64,000 nt of DNA, from positions 9,984,001 to 10,048,000 of the forward strand of contig NC_087249.1 of NCBI RefSeq assembly GCF_037042905.1, read 5' to 3'. Shown in pieces: positions 1-9,134 of this stretch. Each line of letters starts with the position of its first letter. The stretch's first letter is position 1. The DNA comes from Lytechinus pictus. Lineage: Eukaryota. Under the pieces are notes generated by a model, which worked only from the letters and a program-made list of their open reading frames with translations, was not told the DNA's origin and ran no database searches. The position numbers and the translations under genes were made by a program.

Positions 1-254
1 TGATGCGTATTTTGTAGTTTCCCCGTAGTCAAATGCGACATGTGCGAAAAGTTGCTCCGGGCTTAATAGACCAGTTCGTAGTTACTTCTGGGACAATTTT
101 GGTCAAATGACCTTTCATTTCTTTCATTAAGATAGGTAGATTTCAAAGCAAGATATTACGTATGCATGCCTTACATAGCGGGATGAAGAAATTGAATAGA
201 CCAGGTGACTAGAATAGCAATGAACACTCTATCCCTGATAGCAGAAACTGGTAA

Positions 255-830
255 AAATGACGTCATAATTACGTCAGTTTAACGACGAGTGTCACGTCAT
301 TTTGACGTCGTAACATGACGTCTTATTGACGGGATCTTGCACCCGCGAATAACGTCATTATGACGTCGTATATTGACGTCATTATGACGTCTCCAAGAGT
401 GACTACGACGTCTTAATGACGTCTTAGCAACGTTTTTACAACGTTTTCCTGACCAGTATCAAGGGTCAGATTGACGTCGTGTATTGACGTGATTATGACG
501 TCTTCGAGAGTCAACAACGACGTCTTAATGACATCCGTGCAACGTGTTCCTGACCGGTTTTAGACGTCATATTGATGTAATTATGACGTCTTTAAAAGTC
601 ATCTACGACGTCTTAATGACAACTTTGCGACGTATTCCTGACCAGTTTCAGACGTCATATTGATGTAATTATGACGTCTTTATAAGTCAACTACGACGTC
701 TGAATGACGACTTTGCAACATATTGCTGACTAGTAATAGACGTCATATTGACGTCGCATATTGAAATGAATATGACGTCTTTTGGAGTCAACTATGATAT
801 CTTAACGTATTCTGACGTGATAATGACCTA
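255..830. repeat. Left subterminal array of the CACTA-like element (~88-bp units, GACGTC-rich)
   Basis: AGACGTCATATTGA recurs at 562, 650 and 738; related longer units precede it. Confidence 0.85.
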
Positions 831-1367
831 AACATTAAATTCTACATGCAATGTACATACACACATCACTTCAAAGACCTTGTCATTGAGGATTATCTAT
901 ATTTGGTGAATACTGAGGTGGTCTGACAATGTCCAGCATTCCCAGTAACAATATAATGATCCTCCATGCCAGGGCCTTGCATAACTTGTCTCGGTCTCAA
1001 GAACATGACCCCCCCCCCCCCCCGAAAAATAATATATACAAAAATGGAAAACGAAATCAAATACATGTACGCATTTCAATTACGAAATCGTGGCAAATAT
1101 TCTATTAATAAATAAAAGTTGCATAACATATTACCAGCAAAAAAAAAAAAGGAATACAAAATGTTGAAAACTCTAAATAGATTGAAAAAAAAAAACTTCT
1201 CTATGAAAATGCAGTATTAGGGTCAAAGGAATGAAATTACAATGTTTGTTATACCAATACATACAATTGTACATGTATAAATACACATTAATACATAACA
1301 GAGGCATAATGATCTCCACGAATAAAGCTTTTTCGTTGAAATTGTAATTAAATATACCTTCAACTTT

Positions 1368-2660
1368 AGACAACTATGTAATGTAGGTAAAAATATACTG
1401 TATGTAAAAAAAAAATACCCGAGTTGGAATAGTTTCAGGATTTATGGAAGCTCGCATTTGGGTGAAAGAATCCTACATGTACATTAATTCTTATGAATGT
1501 TTGGGTTGTATTACACTATCACTTAGGGCCAGGGGTAAAAGACAGTAGTTGCAGCAAACAATTATTTCTTCGGAAAGTCTTTTAAATTAAGGTTAATTGT
1601 CAAAATATTGTACATAATCTAGATCTGGGCCGTCTTACAAAGAGTTACGATTGATCCGATCAATCATAACTCTATGGAAATCCATCAGTGTCATAATTTT
1701 TTTCTACGAAAAATTTGCACAATGTCCTTTGTATGCAAAGAGAAGCGCAGCGAATTTTTGAGAAAACAATGAATGCATGAACATACATCATAGCTAGAAA
1801 ATATTTTGAACAAACATGCTTAATAGATGTTAACGTTGCTGACCGTCCATAGTTGCGATTGATCGGATCAATCATAACTCTTTGTAAGACGGGGCCCTGG
1901 TAAATTAATGTAAACTTGTATCTTTGTAAAATCATGAATTTTGATCTTAAAATCAATAATTCTGATGATCACTAACACAGAAAAGCATATGTGGGACAGG
2001 ACAGTGTATTATGATTGATTTGAAAAATACCCGACATTTGATAGAATTACATGCTTATTTTGCTCATTTCTCAGCAATTACACATTTTCTTCCCGAGCTT
2101 TTTGGCACACATCTTTTATATATACATACACTTTGCTGGTAATTCTGTTGGATTCTGTTCGAACTCATTTTAAGATAGTTACTACTAGAGGTGCGCTATT
2201 AACTTAAGGCAACTATGTAATGTAGGAAAAAATATACTGTATGTAAACAAAAAAATACCTGAGTTGCAAAGTTTTCAGGATTTATGGAAGCTTGCATTTG
2301 GGTGAAAGAATCATGCATCAATAAGTCTGATGAAAAAAGTTTGTGGAACTGTTGTATTACACTATCACTTAGAAGGAAAAGACAGTAGTTGCAGCAAACA
2401 ATTATTTCTTGAGAAAATCTATAAAATCAAAGTTAATTGTCAATATATTGTACATAATCTACATCTGGTACATTAATGTAAACTTGTATCTTTGTAAAAT
2501 CATGAATTTTTTAACTTAAAATCGATAATTCTGATGATCGCTGTAAACACAGAAAAGCATATGTGGGACAGTGTATTATAATCGATTCGAAAAATACCTG
2601 ACATTTGATAGAATTACATGCTTATTTTGCTCATTTCTCAGCAATTACGCATTTTCTTCC
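1368..2660 (+). repeat. Diverged tandem duplication (1368-2205 and 2206-2660) containing repeat family B (Kolobok-like MITE)
   Basis: Both copies begin CAACTATGTAATGTAGG.AAAAATATACTGTATG and are collinear. Further family B copies at ~5845-6218, 30654-32763 (minus) and ~35130-35470. Confidence 0.8.
1628..1896. mobile_element. PIF/Harbinger-group MITE with CWG TSD (copy 1)
   Basis: ctg|GGCCGTCTTACAAAGAGTT...AACTCTTTGTAAGACGGGGCC|ctg. Absent from the duplicate copy at ~2465. Confidence 0.85.
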
Positions 2661-2998
2661 CTACATGTAGCTACGTAGGCTTTTTATGTGAGCTGAGAGA
2701 TTTCATACCAGATTTCCTTTGCTTGATAAAGTTCTTATGATAGTCTGTGTATCAGCATAGCATGTGTTCAGTGTTTTGAACCCACTGGAAATTGTGCATC
2801 ATATCTTTATGTATGGAAGTCATTTTGCGCCTGCGGTCTCCATGGTTTTTTCAGGATATATGTGTTGACTAGACCAGTCCCATATTGATATTTTCGTGCT
2901 GTGTCACTTTGGAAGGCCGTCTCTAATTGGTTGACTGGTGAGTTGGCAGATGCACAGCCCATCCCACTTTTCAATTATATCATTACGTAATCTCTAAC

Positions 2999-3615
2999 AT
3001 GTCTAAGATATCCACCAGATCAAGAGGCCGCTTGCACTCGGCTAACGCATGTACACAAACCTCTGCTTCATCATTAACTGGATCTAAACAAAGCCCAGCA
3101 TACCTAGATCATATTGATACAGTCGTTCAAAGAGCGGTGGCCGTGGCAATGGAACGCGAGAGACAAAAACTCAATGATGACATGGATAAGCGCGAAAATA
3201 AATTGCGTGAAATTCTTGATGAAAAGCTCACTAGTCTACACATTCTTGAAATATCTATCGATACTAAATTGAAGCAACTCCGTGATTTTGAAAAATCGGT
3301 TTCTGATAACATGACTAACACCATAATGCTTTGTCAAATAGGCTTGACCACATCGAGCAGTACTCCTGTCGCAATAATATCCGTATCCGTATGAGATTGT
3401 TCGAAATGTAGCAAAGCAGATTGGTATCGATCTTACTCCATGTGACATTGATCGATCCCATCACCTTTGCCGACCAAGTAGCAGTCATGATGTTCAACCC
3501 AAAGGATCATACCCCGGCGTGGCCCTGTAATGCCAACTTAGCAGCTCCACCAATCAATGTGAAATTCACTTCATACAGGCCGAAACAAACGATGATGAAA
3601 AATAGAGGAAAATGA
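2999..3615 (+). pseudogene. Decayed LINE ORF1 (coiled coil + RRM, L1/CR1-type ORF1p)
   Basis: Coiled-coil ORF 2999-3394 then, across frameshifts, NRLDHIEQYSCRNNIRIR, EIVRNVAKQIGIDLTPCDIDRSHHL and PINVKFTSYR, matching the ORF1p motifs EQYSRRNN.RI, DIDRSHR and PIIVKF. No ORF2 follows. Confidence 0.75.
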
Positions 3616-4787
3616 AAATGCTCAGGAACAGATGACTGGGTGCAGGCAGGCAAGGCAGTTCAGGTGGGATGAAAATTTATTGGCAGGACACCTTCCGTTT
3701 CAAATTACAGCATCTGCAAAAATAACAGAAGAGGAGAAACATAAAAACTTTTTCTACATAAACTATTTATTAATCTTCATTAAAAACTAGATGGCTTCAA
3801 TATTAATTTCCAATTTATTTTAAATGATTAAAAAACGATGTGGGGTTTGTTACATATTTTATACTTCAAATATTAACATGTTAAGTCAAGTCGGGGGGGG
3901 GGGGGGCATGATGCCCTCAAGACCTTTAACCATCTCTGTATAAGGAAGGAAATTTTAGAATAAATTTATTTGACACATAAAACATATAATTTTTTTATAA
4001 TTACAATTTTAATTCATGCCTTTTTTATGTGTTTTAAATGGTTATGGGGTAACCAGGACTGTCAGGACCGAGAATTCGAACTTCGAGGCTGAAATACAGC
4101 CATTCCCTATGCCTGATTTGGCTTAAATTCAGGTCAAGGATCAATTAAATATATATTTTGCAAAAAAAAATCTGACAAATTTTGAGGTGGAATTAGTTTT
4201 CTGGCATCGCGAGATCGACCAATGCAAAATTTTATTAGCGCCAATTTACCATCTAAACTTGTCATTGAAATTAGAACGTCCAAACCGATCTAGTACCAGT
4301 ACTAGCACAATGAATCAATCAGCTATGCATGTGCACCAATTCTGTATTTCTTGCATACGTACGTCACTCGAGTTAAAGTTCATGTCATTGCATTATATAG
4401 CGTGGGAATTGTAAGAAAGTGATCCTTCAAAATTTTTACCTTCCAACAATTAACATTTTTTAAGCCTTTGTATGCATTTAGAGTACAAAAGCTTACAAAT
4501 TGGACAAATTAAATGTTTGCCCCAAAATTATTGTGGGAAGGGTGGATTTTCTAGGGAAATCCATCTTAGTGTACAAAGTTCTACAGGCAACAGAGACTTG
4601 TCTAGGCTCCGTGAATGAAAATACAATGAAAAAATATCACAGATTCCTCGAAGTACAGTCAGGACCATTAACAGATTATAAGGTGCCCCGAGTTTGTGCA
4701 CACCCAAATCTGCGTGATTCTGATAATAGAGATTCCCAATGACCCCCCCCCCCCCCAAAAAAAGGCTTTACATCTGAAATAGCCTTC

Positions 4788-4985
4788 TAACTTACCTACT
4801 GCCCGATGCCTCCTATCATGTAGGGCAGCAACGAAGGATCTCCACTCCTGGCATCCAGCGATTCTGGGCCTTCTTCTGGAAACTCCCCCAGGCCAGGTCA
4901 TATTCACTGACTTCATCTCCTCCTCAACTCCTCATGTGTGACACCGAGACAGGTGGTTTTGTGTCTCCCTCTCTTTCTCCTGAAA
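4788..4985 (-). mobile_element. 3' end fragment of an RTE-clade LINE
   Basis: Minus-strand frameshifted ...EEEMKSVNMTW...QEWRSFVAALH, typical of the RTE ORF C-terminus. Confidence 0.65.
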
Positions 4986-5069
4986 TGTCAAACAGATCTA
5001 TTCATTAAAAATCTTACTCAAAATGGTGCTTTTGGTAGAAAAATAATGAATATAGGGCATTTCATGTGA

Positions 5070-5842
5070 CCCTTATTAAACTGGGGGGGGGGTCAATTTG
5101 ACCCCCCCCCCCTCAACAAATTTCATCACTACGCTGTCGCGCAAAAAAGTTTGATCGCGCCGCTCACTGACTTTTTACTTTCAAGTCTCGCGCAAATTTT
5201 GAGACCAAATTTGTGACGCCCTGGTACGCGGTTACGACATTACGCAACATTATGTAAGTGCATGTCAGACCCAAAATTGCTCATAAACATGATTTCATGT
5301 ACAAATCCAATGCAAATTGTGTATTTAGCCAAAATTCATAAATTTATCATTATTTCTACTTTTACTGATTAAACTTAATTAATTTTGCCTTGTTTATGAT
5401 TAGAATTAAGTCTAGAACGATTTCCATCAAAAATACAATAAAAAACAAAATGTAAAAAAACAAAGAAATAGGACATGATTTTAAAAAAAAAATACATAAG
5501 AAATCGGTCTTGGTACCAGATTTTTTTCATTCACAATTGTTAGGAATACTATAAAGAATATTTTCACCCAAAAAATAGCATTCTAGGAGCTTTATTTAGT
5601 GAATCAGAGCAAAAAGTATGATTTCATGAATAAATTAGCATAATTAATTCATAAAAAAAAAAAAATATGAATTCAGTGAAATTTACCAATGCAACTACGT
5701 AGATTACGTCATTCTCTACCATCATGCAAATTTTCGTTGTGATCGTGCAATCCACGGCCGAGATCTTATGGGGGGGGGGGGCAATAATACCCCCCCCCCC
5801 CCCGGGAATGACAAGAATCAAAATACCCCGGTAGATTTAGGA
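5070..5842 (+). mobile_element. piggyBac-like MITE; second, truncated copy at 31636-~32135
   Basis: CCCTTAT...G-run TCAATTTGA C-run left end. The second copy is preceded by TTAA and this copy is followed by TTTAA. The two copies are collinear over ~500 bp. Confidence 0.6.
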
Positions 5843-7021
5843 TTTAAAAAATTGTCAGTACGGTATTAACTATTATCATCGAGGATGTGGTACAGTTACA
5901 TAAACTGAACTTTGTGAAATCTTGAAATCTACGCTGAAAAATGTTCAAACTGAAGATCTCCAACACAGATAAGAGCACGTGGGACAGTTATTATTGCTCT
6001 GATTAATGTCGGCCCGACGCTTGCCTTGCCCTTGGCTCGAGCTGACCCGAATCCTGTGCTTTTTTTGCTTATTTCGCAGCAATTACACAAAGGCAGAATC
6101 CTTTGGCACATACCGGTATATTATTTATAAATATAGACAGACACTTTGGTGGTCATTTCATTGGATTCTGTACGAACTCATTTTGATATCGTTACCACAA
6201 CTGGCATTTACCTTAATTAAAGTGTGCACTGTGTCTGTGCAGACTTGGGCCCTGAGCCCACCAGCGCAGCCTGTCCTATTCAGCATGCCGGCGCTCGGGG
6301 CAGCCACCCCGGCCGGGCAGTGTCAGTGCACGAAATCTAAAGCCAAAGGCAAGCCGCGCTCCGAAAAGAAAATCTTAGAAGATGGTTATCTAACTTACTG
6401 TTTGGTCTCCTGCAAATGCCTTCGAAGTCGTTATCCAAATCTGAACCGTGTTCTTAAAGTAGTAGAACTATTATTAACGGCCATCTTCGTCGCACTTAAT
6501 TCTCCATCCAAACTTAGGCTGCAACATTTAACGGCGAAAAACGGGCGCATTCCTTTTTCAAATTAAATGGTTGCGACTGCGCCAGTTGCATGCAGTGCAG
6601 CGCGCATGCGCAGGCTCGACGCCCGGCGGCGAATTAATTCTGCGGATCATGAATTTTTTATAGGGGGTGAGCCCGGGGGGCCTGCATGGGGGGGGGGGGT
6701 GAGCTAACTAGATAGGGGGTTTGCATGACACCGGGGCATGACACCACTTGCGAAAAAAAAGTTTTAAAATAGATACAAACTTCTTTGACATATAAAGCTT
6801 CCTCTTGTTTGGTTTGGTTGGCAACCAGTTAAGAAATGATTATTTTTGCCACTGCTTTTGAAACTTTTTTTCTTTGAAGAATTATATACTTTACCTAAAA
6901 TAAAAAAAATTATGTTCTATTTATTTTTAGTTTTACTTTTCCTTTTATAAGTAGAAATAGCCTTGCTAACATGGCAAGGTTGAAAAAATGGCAAAATAGT
7001 ATGTGGCTTTGAAATTAAACT

Positions 7022-7385
7022 TGTAAATTTCCTCGTCGTTGATTGGTAAAATTTGATGTCATAATCACGTCGTAATGTGATCATATGAAAACGCAAATTT
7101 CTTTGTCGTTGTTTGGTAAATAAATGATGTCATAATCACGTCATAATGTGGTCATATAAAAATGCAAATTCATTTGTTGCAGATTGGTCGATAAATGACG
7201 TCGTAATCACGTAATAATCTGGTCATATAAGAAAGCAAATTTACTTGTCGTAAATTGGTCAGTAAATGACGTCGTAATCACGTCATAATCTGGTCATATA
7301 AGCGAGCAAATTTACTTGTCGTAAATTGGTCAGTAAATGACGTCGAAATCACGTCATAATCTGGTCAAATAAAAATGCAAATGAA
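7022..7385. repeat. Right subterminal array of the CACTA-like element (~5 x 71-bp units)
   Basis: GCAAAT recurs at 7093, 7164, 7235, 7306 and 7377, with TGACGTC/CACGTCA cores. Confidence 0.88.
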
Positions 7386-7767
7386 AGTTGCCATTCTAAG
7401 TCGTCAAAATGACGTCGTAAGAACGTCATAAATACGACGACATGACGAGTATTACCACTTTACGATCAGTTAATGACGTCATTACGACCGTGTCTGCTAT
7501 CAGGGATGAAGTTATTTGTTGCATTTCTTCTTTGAATGCATACTAGAGGATGTTGTACGATGTACTTGGCAAACTGTGAAATATACCAGTCATTCGTGGA
7601 CGCATTTTTGTGTGGATGTGAATGAAAAACAAAATTCAAAAGAATATATGAATAATCAAGACATCGAATTTGGTGCTTATCTCATTAAATTTTAAACCAC
7701 CATGTCACTTTAGTACAAATGACCTTCCTCTGATCATGCGCAGGGTGGAACTACGAACTGGCTTAAT

Positions 7768-7938
7768 CGTCAAGATGTATAGGGTTAGGGCCGGGTTAGG
7801 GTTGCAATAGGGTTTCATGTTAGGTTTATAGTTTAATGTAGGGTATCATGTTAAACCCGGGATTGAAGTTGGTCATTCGATTAGTGTGTGGAATTTAGAG
7901 GGGAGCAAATGTCACCGGAACATGATGTCATGGAACCA
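7768..7938 (+). repeat. Interspersed repeat with degenerate GGGTTA tract and GGAGCAAATGTC end motif; related copy at ~50570-50765
   Basis: Shared GGAGCAA.TGTC.CCGGA.CA 3' motif. The left part appears to lie at ~35-64, before MITE A. Confidence 0.5.
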
Positions 7939-8152
7939 AGAATGGATTGTCTAAAAACAAAATCTTGTTTCATTATACAAACGTCGTCAAATTGGGATTT
8001 CGCTTTGATTTCATCGGGGATTTCATTACAAGTTTAATGATATGTTACGATTACAAATTAATACCATTACAAACGGTAACGAATAAGTTTCTTTGTTAAT
8101 ATATATCGCCTCCCCTACCCTCTTTGTACGAAATGTCGTTTCGGAACATTTG

Positions 8153-8305
8153 GGGTCCGTTTAATAAGAATTACAACTATAAACTTTGCCATTATGGCAA
8201 CCACCATTAAAACTTTGATTTTGCTTGGCTGGTGAGCCCTGTAACCATGGTAGTTGAAATAATGTCAAAGTTACCATAGGTGTAAGTCCTTTGTGAAACC
8301 GACCC
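8153..8305. mobile_element. Short Harbinger-like MITE
   Basis: Imperfect TIRs GGGTCCGTTTAATAAG / CTTTGTGAAACCGACCC; flanks ttg/ctg. Confidence 0.5.
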
Positions 8306-8776
8306 CTGAATAGCAATGCAGTGTGCTTCATTCATTTTGTATAGGTTCGTTCTTGCACGGACCCTACTACAAATGAAATTAAAATGAAGGAAGGCAGGTG
8401 ACAATGGTATTTTGCCCTCGTTGAGTGCTTTTACTTCCCCCCCACCGTTGCATAATAAGCCAGTTGAACCCAGTTCGTAGTTCCTTTCTGCGCATGATCA
8501 AAATATTCTGCGCATGATCAGAGGAAGGTCATTTGTACTAAAGTGACATGGTGGTTTAAAATCTAATGAGCATAGTATGAGGCGCCGAATGTACCAATAT
8601 TATATAGAACAATTATTTGTTATATAATCATTATTTATTAAATAATAACTATTATTTATATATAATTTACATTTTATTTGTAAATAACTACTATTATATA
8701 AAATATCATTTCTAATTATTTATATATAATTCCAAGTAATACTTCATTATTTGTAAATAATAATAGTTCGACATTC

Positions 8777-9134
8777 CATTATTTATAAATAATGATTATT
8801 TGTTTTTCATTATTTATAAATAATGATTATTTGTTTTTCATTATTTATAAATAATGATTATTTGTTTTTCATTATTTACAAATAATGATTATTTGTTTTT
8901 CATTATTTATAAATAATGATTATTTGTTTTTCATTATTTATAAATAATGATTATTTGTTTTTCATTATTTACAAATAATGATTATTTGTTTTTCATTATT
9001 TATAAATAATGATTATTTGTTTTTCATTATTTATAAATAATGATAATTGGTTTTTCATTATTTATAAATAATGATTATTTGTTTTTCATTATTTACAAAT
9101 AATGATTATTTGTTTTTCATTATTTATAAATAAT
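8777..9134 (+). repeat. 31-bp minisatellite in the left arm (11 units + partial), unit CATTATTTATAAATAATGATTATTTGTTTTT
   Basis: Units start at 8777, 8808, 8839 ... 9118; each contains the 18-bp palindrome CATTATTTATAAATAATG. Confidence 0.95.

Larger units (their letters stand above)
233..7505. mobile_element. Non-autonomous CACTA/EnSpm-like DNA transposon, 7273 bp including nested insertions
   Basis: 13-bp TIR CCCTGATAGCAGA...TCTGCTATCAGGG. 2-bp AT TSD confirmed against the empty site in sibling MITE copy 2. GACGTC-rich subterminal arrays at both ends. No transposase ORF seen. Confidence 0.82.
68..7764. mobile_element. MITE family A copy 1 (TIR core CCAGTTCGTAGTT, AAT TSD), split by the 7.3-kb CACTA-like element; own sequence 68-232 + 7506-7764
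   Basis: aat|AGACCAGTTCGTAGTT ... AACTACGAACTGGCTT|aat. The two halves join to match the reverse complement of copy 2. Confidence 0.8.

Noticed and set aside
255..830. GACGTC repeat array as CRISPR or a standalone enhancer
   Set aside because: Degenerate tandem units that pair with a second array and TIRs 7 kb away; explained as transposon subterminal repeats.
6006..6566. 186-aa ORF as the CACTA transposase
   Set aside because: It crosses a family B repeat boundary and shows no transposase motifs.
7780..7830. TTAGGG-like tract as an interstitial telomere
   Set aside because: Short, degenerate and part of an interspersed repeat also seen near 50600-50765.
8777..9134. 31-bp direct repeats resembling a CRISPR array
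   Set aside because: Units are head-to-tail with no unique spacers, the context is eukaryotic and there are no cas genes. It is a minisatellite.
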